Shown: one piece after another, positions 19,121-29,042 of the stretch
Position numbering within the stretch: the first letter of the stretch is position 1
Layout of the letters: each line of letters begins with the position of its first letter
From: a candidate division WOR-3 bacterium
GTDB taxonomy: Bacteria > Hydrothermota > Tepidihabitantia > SM23-42 > JAOAFX01
Length of the DNA stretch: 64,000 bases
Reading direction: 5' to 3'
Assembly: GCA_026416055.1 (NCBI GenBank)
Contig: JAOAFX010000003.1
Location: 589 to 64,588 of the forward strand
Translations under genes and position numbers: made by a program
Notes under the pieces: model-generated
The model's database searches: none
Told to the model about the DNA's origin: nothing
Seen by the model: the letters and a program-made list of their open reading frames with translations, nothing else

Positions 19121-19915
19121 ATGAAAAAATACATTTTTGATGGAAACTGCCTTTTCAGTGGCACGAGTCGGGTGGAAATTATTCCGAACCATCAGTTTGA
19201 AATAAATGTCCATATTGATGGCACTTCATTATCGATTCCTTACAATTTAAAAAATGTCACCGTAGAAAACCACACTATTACGATTGGACGTAAAGTTAAG
19301 GTTGTTGAACATCTTTTTTCTGCTCTATATGGATTAAAAATTTTCAATGTCCGGATTGATGTATTCGGTGAAGAGATACCATTCTTCGATGGCTCAAGCC
19401 AGGAATTTGTAAACAAATTATTGCAGCATACTGAAGTAGATACCGGTGTACTGGAAATTGATGAACCGGTAATCATTGAGAATAAGAATTCTTATCTTAT
19501 TTACGAACCCGAGAATAGCACCACATTATATGTGGATATGGAAATTGAACATCCATATATTGGAAAACAGCAGATTGCTTTAAACATAACGAGAGAATGT
19601 TATATAAGGGAAATCGCGCCGGCACGAACATTTATTTTTACCGATGAATTTGATCCAAAATTGAAAAATCTACCGCCTTATGGTATAGGCATAACAGAAA
19701 AAAAGATTTATGCATCAGAACCACTCAGATTTTCTGATGAACCTGTACGCCACAAAATTCTTGACCTGCTCGGTGACATATATGTGCTGAGAAAAAGATT
19801 GACAGGAAGGATAAAGGCAAAAAATACCTACCATAGCCTGAATCTGGAGTTTTGTCAGGAGATTGTTAGAAAAATGTTAGCTAAAAATCAAAATTGGACT
19901 CCTCTCTCCCATTGA
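19121..19915 (+). CDS. lpxC: UDP-3-O-acyl-N-acetylglucosamine deacetylase
   Basis: The motifs EHLFSALYGLKIFNVRIDVFGEEIPFFDGSS and HKILDLLGDIYVL are present. The start is the internal ATG (MKKYIFDG), directly after the lpxD stop. Confidence 0.85.
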   Translation: MKKYIFDGNCLFSGTSRVEIIPNHQFEINVHIDGTSLSIPYNLKNVTVENHTITIGRKVKVVEHLFSALYGLKIFNVRIDVFGEEIPFFDGSSQEFVNKLLQHTEVDTGVLEIDEPVIIENKNSYLIYEPENSTTLYVDMEIEHPYIGKQQIALNITRECYIREIAPARTFIFTDEFDPKLKNLPPYGIGITEKKIYASEPLRFSDEPVRHKILDLLGDIYVLRKRLTGRIKAKNTYHSLNLEFCQEIVRKMLAKNQNWTPLSH

Positions 19916-19961
19916 ATAATATCATTGAATTAGAAATATTAAATTCTTAAAGGAGCCCTTT

Positions 19962-20075
19962 ATGAATAAACTGCATAAACACTTTAATGATGACCAGTTA
20001 AGACTTCTTCTGGATTTGTATTTACAAAAAGCATTATCGTTAGAAGGAAAAAAGGAATGTCGGGCAGGGTTTTAG
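19962..20075 (+). CDS. possible small protein (37 aa), hypothetical
   Basis: AAGGAG lies 7 nt upstream of the ATG. It encodes MNKLHKHFNDDQLRLLLDLYLQKALSLEGKKECRAGF. It is not in the ORF track because it is short. Confidence 0.3.
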   Translation: MNKLHKHFNDDQLRLLLDLYLQKALSLEGKKECRAGF

Positions 20076-20258
20076 CACTGCATTTTTATCAACGCAAACC
20101 TAAAGGTTTGCCCCACGTGGGATGGATTGATTATTGTAAAGACCCTTTCGGGCACTCAGTTTTATTTTTAAAAATTGGCAGATTTGAACTATAATTTAGA
20201 TTTTGAGTTAACAAAGGTTGTTAGAAAAATAGCTGCAGGATTAAAGCTTCGGAAATAT

Positions 20259-20579
20259 TTATAATCGTCTTTTTTTCATCCTCACAAGCGCGTTGTAGAG
20301 AGTATAAATTACGATTACACCAGCAAATATCCAGAACCAGAAAGGAACATTCTTACCAAAGAGTGCGACATAGACAAAGGGGGCAATCGTGGTGATGCCA
20401 AGCACGATACCGAACAGTCTTACCTGATTTGTATTTTTGGTTTTAAGTCCGTGAATAATTTTATATATCGAAATCCAGAAAAAAGGTGCACCACCAAAAT
20501 AGATGATGGCAAATATTACCGGATTGACGCCATAGTCAGTTTCAATCTTTATCAACCAGTTTCTTAGATATTCAAGCAA
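20259..20579 (-). CDS. small three-TM membrane protein, hypothetical
   Basis: Three hydrophobic helices are predicted, with a basic C-terminus. Confidence 0.45.
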   Translation of the reverse strand: MLEYLRNWLIKIETDYGVNPVIFAIIYFGGAPFFWISIYKIIHGLKTKNTNQVRLFGIVLGITTIAPFVYVALFGKNVPFWFWIFAGVIVIYTLYNALVRMKKRRL

Positions 20580-20591
20580 GTGCAGTCTTTG

Positions 20592-22001
20592 TTATTCAAT
20601 TTCATCAAATATTATCAATTTTTCCTCAGTCATTTCTTTAATTGCGAATTCCGGTCCTTCCCGGCCCAGTCCACTTCCCTTCATTCCTCCATACGGCATA
20701 TTATCAACACGGAAGGTCGGTATTTCATTTATTAAAACACCACCTGAATCAATCTCCTTGGCACATTTCAGGGCAAAGTTTATATTCTTTGTGAATATAC
20801 CGGTCTGAAGTCCGTATTTTGTATTGTTGACTCTGGTAATGGCTTCATCAATGGTTTTAAATTTATTGACTGCCACCATTGGTGCAAATGCTTCTTCCTG
20901 GATTATCTTTGCACTCTCTTCCACATCAAAGATGATTGTGGGAAGAAAAATTGTGCCCTGTCTTGAACCACCAAGAATCACCATCCCTTTATGTTTTTTT
21001 GCATCCTCAACGAATTCTTCAGCCTTTTTAAGTGATGGTTCATCAATCATAGGTCCCATTTCAGTATCTTCCTGCATCGGGTCACCGTATTTTATCTGTG
21101 CAACTTCAAGGGATAATTCCCTTAAGAATTCATCTGCGATTTCCTCTTCAACATATACTCTCTGGACTGAAATACAGACCTGTCCGGCAAGTGTATAACC
21201 ACCTTTACGGATTTTTTTTGCCACAAGTCTCAATGGCGCATCTTTGAATACCACCACTGCAGAGTTTGAACCCAGTTCCATGGTCACTTTTTTCATCCCG
21301 CAATTTGCCATGATTGTCTCGCCGACTTCAAGTGAGCCGGTAAAACTGATCTTTCTTATTTCTGGAGCCCTAACCAGTGCCATCCCAACTGAGGAACCTG
21401 GCCCTACCAGCACCGAAATGCATTGTTCAGGCAGACCTGCTTCAATTAGTGCCTCTGCAAGCATCAGAGCGGAGAGTGGGGTCTTTGTCGCAGGTTTGTG
21501 AATCACCGCATTACCCGCTGCGATTGCGGGTCCGATTTTATGGCAACTCAGGTTTAAAGGAAAATTAAAGGGCGAGATGGCAAGAACGATTCCAAGTGGA
21601 ACCCGGGTGTAAAAAGCCATTTTCTTTGTTGCTCCGACAATATCCATACGCACAGTCTCACCTTTCAAACTAATTGCCGCAATGCTTGAAAGTCTGATAG
21701 TATTTATTGCCCGGTCAACCTCGGTCCTTGCTTCATTTATCGTTTTACCGACTTCCAGGCAGATTGTTCGTGCGAATTCTTCTTTCTTATCGGCAATTAT
21801 CTTTGCTGTTCGTTCAAGGATTTTTGCCCTTTCACCTGCAGGCATATTTTTTAATATTCTGAATCCTTCACTGGCTATCTCGATTGCCTCTGCAACATCC
21901 TTTTCCGTGCTCAATCCAATCTCTTCGATCACCTGATTATCATACGGATTGTGCACACTTACTTTTTTATCCGTGACGATTCTTTTTCCTTTGATAAACA
22001 T
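20592..22001 (-). CDS. NAD(P)-dependent aldehyde dehydrogenase family protein
   Basis: The catalytic Cys motif GQVCISVQR and the Glu motif ELGSNSAVVV are present. Length is 469 aa. Confidence 0.85.
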   Translation of the reverse strand: MFIKGKRIVTDKKVSVHNPYDNQVIEEIGLSTEKDVAEAIEIASEGFRILKNMPAGERAKILERTAKIIADKKEEFARTICLEVGKTINEARTEVDRAINTIRLSSIAAISLKGETVRMDIVGATKKMAFYTRVPLGIVLAISPFNFPLNLSCHKIGPAIAAGNAVIHKPATKTPLSALMLAEALIEAGLPEQCISVLVGPGSSVGMALVRAPEIRKISFTGSLEVGETIMANCGMKKVTMELGSNSAVVVFKDAPLRLVAKKIRKGGYTLAGQVCISVQRVYVEEEIADEFLRELSLEVAQIKYGDPMQEDTEMGPMIDEPSLKKAEEFVEDAKKHKGMVILGGSRQGTIFLPTIIFDVEESAKIIQEEAFAPMVAVNKFKTIDEAITRVNNTKYGLQTGIFTKNINFALKCAKEIDSGGVLINEIPTFRVDNMPYGGMKGSGLGREGPEFAIKEMTEEKLIIFDEIE

Positions 22002-22045
22002 AATAAATTATATCAATATTTCAAAATTTGTAAAGTAAAAAATCT

Positions 22046-23335
22046 TCAAAGCTTTTTCTTTGTCTCAGGAGGTATTGAGTGCAGCACAAAAACTGCTAGT
22101 AATGTAAGAAGAATGATTATCAATCCGGCGAGCCGCAGGATAACAAATGGTCTTAAGGAACTGGAAATCAATCCTATACCCACTGCACAGACCATAAATG
22201 TCAAACTTATCACAAATTCTTTGGTGGCAAATATCCTTCCCCTCATTGATTTCAGAACATCCTCCTGGAGAATAGTATCCTGGGCAATGCCGACGAAAGA
22301 AAAGACCATGCCGGAGATGAATGCAATGGCATACATAGATAGTGGATTTATAAAAAATGGACCAATAATGAAAAACAAAGCTAACATCACCATACTACAG
22401 ATGATTATCAATGGCCTGTTAAATCTTTTACCTAAAAATCCCATGAGTAACCCACCAGCGAGCATGCCAGTGCCGATAACTCCACCCAGCCATCCCACAC
22501 CAGTCGTGCCCATATTGAATACCTGCTGGATTAAGTAGATTAGAACTGTATAGGCTATGGCTGCAGCAAAAGGAAGCACAAAAACTGAAATCATCACAAA
22601 AAGGACAACACGGTCATGGAAGAGAAGGTAAACGAGCTCTTTTATATCAAGCAGGAAATATTTAAAGGATTCCTTCAATCTCTTCTGCAACGAGATATCT
22701 ATTTTGACTGAAGGTTCGAATAATACTTTTGCGCCCATCCCCAAAACAAGAAATCCGGCAATGAGATGGGTGGTACCATCCAAATAAAATCCCAATCTCC
22801 AGCCCACCCACTTTATTAAATAACCGCCACCAACCATTCCTAAGAATGTAGCAATACGGGCTACGGTAACAATAAAAGAGTTTGCTGGAACAAGTTCGTG
22901 ATATTCAACAAGGTCAGGAACGACTGCATTTTTTGCAGTATTATTGAATACATCAAGCGCAAAGAATGTAAAAACGAGTATCCATATCGGTACCAGACTG
23001 TCAAATAAAATCACAAAACTCGGGGTTAAAAAAATCAATATTGACTGAATTAGATGGCAGCGGAACATTATCATCTGTTTATTCCAGTGATCAACAATCA
23101 CACCCACAAAAGGTGCGAGTATCAATACCGGCAAGGTGAAAGTTACCGCAAATTCACTGAATGCAGAGATCTTACCCGGATATTTCACGCCAATAAGGGT
23201 GATGATTACCATATGGGTTAATCTATCACCTAACTGCGATACACCATTAGAAAAAGCAAGGAATAATATACCACGCTTTTTTAAAAGATTGAGCATACGG
23301 TGAAGTTTACTGAATATAGGTAAAAAGTCAATCAT
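22046..23335 (-). CDS. MFS transporter
   Basis: There are 12 predicted TMs in an MFS-like arrangement. Length is 429 aa. Confidence 0.8.
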   Translation of the reverse strand: MIDFLPIFSKLHRMLNLLKKRGILFLAFSNGVSQLGDRLTHMVIITLIGVKYPGKISAFSEFAVTFTLPVLILAPFVGVIVDHWNKQMIMFRCHLIQSILIFLTPSFVILFDSLVPIWILVFTFFALDVFNNTAKNAVVPDLVEYHELVPANSFIVTVARIATFLGMVGGGYLIKWVGWRLGFYLDGTTHLIAGFLVLGMGAKVLFEPSVKIDISLQKRLKESFKYFLLDIKELVYLLFHDRVVLFVMISVFVLPFAAAIAYTVLIYLIQQVFNMGTTGVGWLGGVIGTGMLAGGLLMGFLGKRFNRPLIIICSMVMLALFFIIGPFFINPLSMYAIAFISGMVFSFVGIAQDTILQEDVLKSMRGRIFATKEFVISLTFMVCAVGIGLISSSLRPFVILRLAGLIIILLTLLAVFVLHSIPPETKKKL

Positions 23336-23432
23336 GATGGCTGGTTATGTTGCCTTTAATCATTTTTTTGAGAAAATTGAAAGTTCTAATTCTTACTTTT
23401 TATGTATAATGGAACACATTTTTTTGAACTAT

Positions 23433-23460
23433 TGACAGGCAAAAACGGATGTCTATAATA
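23433..23460 (+). promoter_or_regulatory. sigma-70-type promoter for rnpB
   Basis: The elements are TTGACA, a 16-nt spacer and TATAAT. The predicted TSS is about 7 nt downstream, at the P1 5' end of the RNase P RNA. Confidence 0.5.
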
Positions 23461-23464
23461 TTTT

Positions 23465-23884
23465 GGGGTGGTCGGATAGCCGCCCTGCATTGAAGGTGCA
23501 GGGAGGAAAGTCCGGGCTTCACAGGGCAGGATGCTTCCTAACAGGAAGGGAGATATCTACAAGGTAGTCGCACCATTAATGGTGCTCGCCGTAGGTATTT
23601 CACGGAAAGTGCCACAGAAAATATACCGCCAGCCACTCTTGGTGGTTGGTAAGGGTGAAAAGGCGGAGTAAGAGCCCACCGCTCCAGTGGTGACACTGGA
23701 GGCATGGCAAACCCCATCCGAAGCAAGACCAAATAGTCCTGTATGGAGTTGCCCGCTCCGTCCCGCAGGGACGCAGGACAGGTAGGTCGCTTGAGTCCGG
23801 TGGTGACATCGGACCCAGATAAATGGCTATCTATGCCTGCAAGTCCTGCAGGCAAAAACAGAACCCGGCTTACGAACCACCCCT
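23465..23884 (+). ncRNA. rnpB: RNase P RNA, bacterial type A
   Basis: The conserved segments GGGAGGAAAGTCCGGGCTTCACAGGGCAGG and ...ACAGAACCCGGCTTACGAACCACCCC are present. The P1 pairing is GGGGTGGT/ACCACCCC. The conserved ACAGAAAAUAUACCGCC region is present. The track ORFs overlapping it on both strands are spurious. Confidence 0.8.
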
Positions 23885-23914
23885 GGTCCTGTCTGCTTTT
23901 TAAAAAAATTAATC

Positions 23915-24628
23915 ATGGAAATATTCGTTGGAACATCTGGATGGTACTATGACTGGAATGAAGACCTGACCCTTGACTGGTATATCAATAATTCCGGACT
24001 CAATGCCATAGAACTCAATGCTTCATTTTACCGTTTTCCATTTCCTAACCAGATAAAATCCTGGACAAAGAAAGGGAATAGATTACGCTGGGCGATAAAG
24101 GTGAATCGCCTCATTACCCATCAATATAAATTTTCTCCGGAAGCATTCAAAACCTGGGAAAGATTTTTTAGTCTCTTTTCACCACTTGAGGAATTTATAG
24201 ATTATTATTTATTTCAATTGCCTCCCAATCTCAGCGTTCGGGCAAAAGAAAAGATTGAATTATTTGCCAAAAAGATAAGTATTGAAAAAAAATTTGCCCT
24301 CGAATTCAGGCATGAAACATGGTTTAATGATGAAATATTGAGATGGGCAGAATCACTCGGTATCACAGTCGTATCGATTGATGCTCCTGAATTCAGTCGT
24401 TCAATTTTTTGCACGGCAAAAAATGTATATCTGAGGATGCATGGCCGGACCAGCTGGTATGCCCACAATTATACAAAAAACGAATTGCAGGAAGTAGCAC
24501 ATAGAATACTGAAGGTCAAACCCGCAAACATCTATGTCTTTTTTAACAACGACCATAATATGTTAAAGAATGCCAGGGATATGTCAGTGATTCTTAAAAA
24601 TCTTCTCAGGAAACAAGAGGAATTTTAA
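23915..24628 (+). CDS. DUF72 (UPF0759) family protein
   Basis: The N-terminus MEIFVGTSGWYYDWNED...NASFYRFP fits the DUF72 signature. Confidence 0.7.
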   Translation: MEIFVGTSGWYYDWNEDLTLDWYINNSGLNAIELNASFYRFPFPNQIKSWTKKGNRLRWAIKVNRLITHQYKFSPEAFKTWERFFSLFSPLEEFIDYYLFQLPPNLSVRAKEKIELFAKKISIEKKFALEFRHETWFNDEILRWAESLGITVVSIDAPEFSRSIFCTAKNVYLRMHGRTSWYAHNYTKNELQEVAHRILKVKPANIYVFFNNDHNMLKNARDMSVILKNLLRKQEEF

Positions 24629-25871
24629 TCACAAACTCCGTTCCTTTGCCCAATGAGGATTTGACAGTTATCTTTCCATCATGGATATCCACAACCTTTT
24701 TTACAAACGCCAGTCCCAAACCTGTTCCGTGTTTCTTTCCGGAGTAAAAAGGATTAAAGATTTTCTGCAATTCCTCCCTGGCAATACCCCGACCCGAATC
24801 AACAATTGAGATAGTGATTGTATCTTCTTCTCTATCTGTGCCTAATTTGATGGTCCCTTCATGCTCTATCGCATCCGCACTATTTTTTAAAACATTTACA
24901 AGGGCACTGAGCAACAGTTCATAATCAGCATAGATTTTCCCCTGGTATCGGTATTCTTTTTCTATATTTATCTTCTTTGGTATATTTGCCTTTTGAATAC
25001 TTTCTTCCAGCAGTCCGGTCAAATAGAATTCACTCTTTAACAATTTGATTGGTCGTGAGTACTCAATCAAACTGGAAATCACACTTTCCATTACCTCGCA
25101 CTCTTTAATAATCTCTGACGGCTCCTTTTTCCCTTTTTCAATCAGACGGGCAAGTCCAGTTATGGTGGCAAGGGAATTTCGGAATTCATGAGCGATATAG
25201 GCTGAAAGTTCAAGGAGTTCTTTTTCTTTTTCTTTGATCTTGCTTAAAATCTCACTGAAGGTCATGTAAACGAAATCTTCTTTCTTCATCTCTATGCCAT
25301 ATTTTTTGGCTAAATTTGCTACATAGCGCATCGGTAAGAAAAGATTTCGGATGAGAAAAAATCCCAAAAATGAGATGAGGATTAAAGAAAGCGTCGTATA
25401 TATCATGTGCCAGCGAAAGACGCTATCAATATTCATAAAACCTGTAAAATTAAAGAGATACAGGTAAAAATCGGGCTGAGGATTGTGGTAAACAATATCG
25501 TCTCCCAGCTGTATCATTTTGCCTGGTTCGGGCATTCTTGTGAATCTTCTTGTATCATCAAAAACAATCCCGGGAATTTTTAACAAAATTGCTGAATCGT
25601 AAATTCTATTACCAAGGGAATCGATAATGACAAGCCTGTTTATGCTGAATGACTCAACAATTTTTTTTAAAAAATCATCGCGTTCCGGATGATGGATATA
25701 ATTGCCGCAAAATCTTGAAAGCATATATATTTTTTCATGCTGGGAATCAATAAATGTCTTTCTCAGCTGGATGCTTATATATAAATTTACCAGTGCCAGA
25801 AAGATTATGAGGGATATAAATATTACAGCAAGGATACCAATATCACGGGGATACGAACTCTCTTTGGGCAT
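24606..25871 (-). CDS. sensor histidine kinase (two TMs, periplasmic sensor, HisKA + HATPase)
   Basis: The H-box is SAYIAHEFRNSLATI and the G-box is DSGRGIAREELQKIFNPFYSGKKHGTGLGLAFV. No response-regulator gene is adjacent. Confidence 0.8.
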   Translation of the reverse strand: MPKESSYPRDIGILAVIFISLIIFLALVNLYISIQLRKTFIDSQHEKIYMLSRFCGNYIHHPERDDFLKKIVESFSINRLVIIDSLGNRIYDSAILLKIPGIVFDDTRRFTRMPEPGKMIQLGDDIVYHNPQPDFYLYLFNFTGFMNIDSVFRWHMIYTTLSLILISFLGFFLIRNLFLPMRYVANLAKKYGIEMKKEDFVYMTFSEILSKIKEKEKELLELSAYIAHEFRNSLATITGLARLIEKGKKEPSEIIKECEVMESVISSLIEYSRPIKLLKSEFYLTGLLEESIQKANIPKKINIEKEYRYQGKIYADYELLLSALVNVLKNSADAIEHEGTIKLGTDREEDTITISIVDSGRGIAREELQKIFNPFYSGKKHGTGLGLAFVKKVVDIHDGKITVKSSLGKGTEFVIKIPLVS

Positions 25872-25878
25872 TTAAATC

Positions 25879-27540
25879 TTAGCGAATGATGGTGAGTCTG
25901 CCCTTGCTTCTTTCTATCCTTTCTGCCTGTAATTCAATCAGATAGATATACATTCCGCTAACAACTTCATTTCCTTTTTCATTTTTTAAATCCCAGAACG
26001 CACATCTCCGGTAGATATCGATCTCATTGGGGTCATCAAGCACCCTTATCCTTTCCCCTGCGATGTTATAAATTGTGACTTTGAATTGTGGAAATTTGCT
26101 TCCAAGTTCGGTGGTATCAGATGGTGTATAAGAAATAACAACACTCTTGCCCCAGGCAGGAAGGCGATCGATACGGAAAGGATTGGGATACGAAGCTACC
26201 CTCCCCAAAAAAATCGGGCTTATCCAGAATGATGCGGTCATTATGGAATCAGCAGGACCGATATCGTAGACCGTTACACCACTTGCCGAATCGCCATAGA
26301 ACCTGCTTGAAGGTGTTGAACCATCATAAAAACCAATTGTATCATTTTTCCAGAGGTCCTCGGCTTTGCCCCAGGTCGTTCTTGGCAGGAGAAAATCACC
26401 ATCGCCATCAGCCTGCATAATACCGACCAGGGGATGGTTTTCATTTTCATTCGTCCTCCGCGAGTCATCAACATGGAGAATCAGTAATCCATCACCGGGT
26501 AGTGAACGATCAAAACCAGTGCGATATCTATTCTCAATCAGGAAGTATTCTCCCCTTCCGCCTGAGTAATAGTTCCAGTCCGGTCCGCCTGGGTCTTCGA
26601 GCATTCTTATCGCAAACGGACTTCTTGCTGAGCAGGGAATCTGTTGATTTTCTAATTTACTGATTCCGGTCCTTTCCACAGGAGTCGGTGTGAGCCAGCC
26701 GAGTTGATATTTGCACCAGGCAGAAGGATGGGATGGTGTGTTTCCTGGTTTATCTGAAGAACTTGCTTTTCCCCAGGAGCCTGCAGCCATAAGACAGAAT
26801 ATACCTATACCATTCGTCGAATAATCAGTGTCATACAAGTCAGGCAACCCCAGAACATGTCCGAATTCATGAACAAAGACGCCAACCGTAATCCTTGAAG
26901 GTGGATTGACAAGCCTTTCTGGTTCCATTGAGTAGTAATCTACTTTTACACCGTCCTGAGTTTGGTATGGACCTGGACAGCTCGTTCCGGTATTTGATAA
27001 TTGCCACTGGTGAGACCATATATCCCGGGGATTCCCGGTCTCTTCCGCACCCGGTCCGGCATGGACAATAAAGATTCCATCGACTATGCCATCTCCATCT
27101 CCATCATAATCAGAAAAATTGACATATGGGTCAGCAAGAGAACATGCATCCATAACGAGCCTCTGGACATTATTGGGATAATCACTATAGAAACCAAAGG
27201 AATCGCCCACATAATATTGATAATTTTGTGGTGCACGGACCCAGCCAATGATATTACTCTGCTTACTGATTGTAAACTTTCCATATGAGACTTCATTGAA
27301 GTATTTGCGCATTGAATTTTCATTCTCCCCATAAATAAGTGAATCGAATTCTGATTTTGGATAGGTGGCAATGTTATCGGAAAAATCTACAAGGATGACA
27401 ATCGCCTTTTTTTCACCCAGCACAGGCTGTATAAATCCTGGACCCCGGTTCATCAGGGCAGGGAATCTGGGAGGTTTAATCGGTGCCCGGGTATAAGGAC
27501 TCGGGGGCATTGAAATTAATAATAACAATATTATTACCAT
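25879..27540 (-). CDS. secreted M6-family (immune-inhibitor-A-like) zinc metalloprotease with a C-terminal T9SS/FlgD-Ig-like sorting domain
   Basis: A signal peptide is present. The M6 signature HEFGHVLGLPDLYD is present. The C-terminus reads YPNPFRIDRLP...VTIYNIAGERIRVL...SGMYIYLIEL. Confidence 0.75.
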   Translation of the reverse strand: MVIILLLLISMPPSPYTRAPIKPPRFPALMNRGPGFIQPVLGEKKAIVILVDFSDNIATYPKSEFDSLIYGENENSMRKYFNEVSYGKFTISKQSNIIGWVRAPQNYQYYVGDSFGFYSDYPNNVQRLVMDACSLADPYVNFSDYDGDGDGIVDGIFIVHAGPGAEETGNPRDIWSHQWQLSNTGTSCPGPYQTQDGVKVDYYSMEPERLVNPPSRITVGVFVHEFGHVLGLPDLYDTDYSTNGIGIFCLMAAGSWGKASSSDKPGNTPSHPSAWCKYQLGWLTPTPVERTGISKLENQQIPCSARSPFAIRMLEDPGGPDWNYYSGGRGEYFLIENRYRTGFDRSLPGDGLLILHVDDSRRTNENENHPLVGIMQADGDGDFLLPRTTWGKAEDLWKNDTIGFYDGSTPSSRFYGDSASGVTVYDIGPADSIMTASFWISPIFLGRVASYPNPFRIDRLPAWGKSVVISYTPSDTTELGSKFPQFKVTIYNIAGERIRVLDDPNEIDIYRRCAFWDLKNEKGNEVVSGMYIYLIELQAERIERSKGRLTIIR

Positions 27541-27573
27541 AATAAAAAGATTATAGCCAAAGCCCTTACAATG

Positions 27574-28335
27574 TCAATGATTAATCTCGTAAATGCCCCG
27601 GTAATATTCATCCCTAATTTCCTGCAGGAATGCTCTTTTTGACCGTTCATTCATTTCATGGGCAATCCTTGATGCATTTGTTATTGAACCGAAATAGAAA
27701 CGATTGAAGGCTAAACTGAATATTATACCCGCATCTACATATTCTTTATTTTTGATTGAGTTGAACAACAAAAAACCAGACAGGAAATTGAGCACAAAAC
27801 CCTGCAATCCTCTTTTAATATCACCTGCATAAATCTCACCCAGACCCGGTATTATTGCGGAAAGGAGCATCGCACGAGTTGTGGATTTGTCAGACTTTTT
27901 AGCATATTCATTTATCTTCCTTACAAAGTTTGAATCTACCTCCTGAAATATATCTATTGCATTGCGATATTGTTGATTAAATAAATAAGCAAAGCCAATC
28001 AACTTTTTGCCCGCTGAATTCTGTTCAGCAATCGGTTTCAAAAGATCGATTGCCAGTCCATATTTTTTTATATCGATCAATGCCTTACCAAGCGCAATCC
28101 GTGATTTTCTTTCACTCTCAGGAAAATCTATTAACAGTTTTTCTATCTCTTCATAACCCAGTAAAAAATCCTGGTATAGCAGGGAAATGGTATAGTGTAG
28201 ACGGAGTTGATATTCATTCCAGGCAGTAGTATCAAAGAAAAATACTCTTTTATATTCAATCAATGCCAGTTCATAGAAGTTATTGTTAAATAGTGCTTCA
28301 GGAAGATAATACTGATTGAAGAGCAAAAATATCAT
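27574..28335 (-). CDS. TPR-like protein with a C-terminal membrane domain carrying the (I/L)PGxGxxYxG motif (DUF5683-like), paralog A
   Basis: An N-terminal helical repeat region is followed by SAIIPGLGEIYAGDIKRGLQGFVLNFLSGFLLF. It overlaps the upstream paralog by 4 bp. Confidence 0.5.
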   Translation of the reverse strand: MIFLLFNQYYLPEALFNNNFYELALIEYKRVFFFDTTAWNEYQLRLHYTISLLYQDFLLGYEEIEKLLIDFPESERKSRIALGKALIDIKKYGLAIDLLKPIAEQNSAGKKLIGFAYLFNQQYRNAIDIFQEVDSNFVRKINEYAKKSDKSTTRAMLLSAIIPGLGEIYAGDIKRGLQGFVLNFLSGFLLFNSIKNKEYVDAGIIFSLAFNRFYFGSITNASRIAHEMNERSKRAFLQEIRDEYYRGIYEINH

Positions 28336-29042
28336 CGCTTCTGGTTAAATACCAGATCACGATATCTGGCATTTTCATAGTAGTTATAATTCCGGACAGA
28401 ATTTATCCCTCCGTAAATATTCCCGGCGTAGAAAAGAATCGTAATACCCGATGCGAGATAGAATTTTGCATTTTTGTTATTATGGTAGTAATAATAAGCG
28501 ACTGTTGAGCCTGCGGCAATGACCAGTAGTGAATATATTCCATCGCCTAATCGTCCACAATAAAAATGTCCGCCACCGGGAATGATGGAAAATAACCCAC
28601 CAAGAAATGGACTTTTCAATTTCGGCAGAGGGGCAGGAAGGTTGATAAATTCTTTTGCCCTTGAGAAGTTGAATTCACCGGCATAACTCAATCCAATATA
28701 ATACCGGGCTTTATGTTCAGTCGATTTCATCTTCAAAATCTCGCGCACCCGTGGATAGTCCCCTTTTAACAGAAATATCCACGCCTTTAGATACAATGCA
28801 CGGGTTGTATCAGAAATATATTTTAAACTGGAATCTGCTTCATCGTATCTTTTAAGACGCACCAGACAATCAATGATTTTTTCACCTGTTTCCTGTTTAT
28901 TGCTATCGCTGAGAAAAAGATAACGGCGGTATTCATTCACGGCAGAATTAAAATCTCCCTGGAGATAAAGATAATCGGCAAATTTTAAAATCTTATCAGG
29001 CTCAAAAAGGTCGCTTTGGAAAAGAATAAAAAATATAATCAT
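28332..29042 (-). CDS. TPR-like protein with a C-terminal membrane domain carrying the (I/L)PGxGxxYxG motif (DUF5683-like), paralog B
   Basis: An N-terminal TPR-like region is followed by GLFSIIPGGGHFYCGRLGDGIYSLLVIAAGS. It overlaps the YidD-like gene by 4 bp. Confidence 0.5.
   Translation of the reverse strand: MIIFFILFQSDLFEPDKILKFADYLYLQGDFNSAVNEYRRYLFLSDSNKQETGEKIIDCLVRLKRYDEADSSLKYISDTTRALYLKAWIFLLKGDYPRVREILKMKSTEHKARYYIGLSYAGEFNFSRAKEFINLPAPLPKLKSPFLGGLFSIIPGGGHFYCGRLGDGIYSLLVIAAGSTVAYYYYHNNKNAKFYLASGITILFYAGNIYGGINSVRNYNYYENARYRDLVFNQKR

Noticed and set aside
20061-20085. The string GGGTTTTAGCACTG resembles a CRISPR repeat fragment
   Set aside because: It occurs once, with no array periodicity or second copy, and no cas genes are present anywhere in the window.
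23538-23952. Track ORFs of 105, 69 and 69 aa on both strands
   Set aside because: They lie entirely within the RNase P RNA gene and are spurious.
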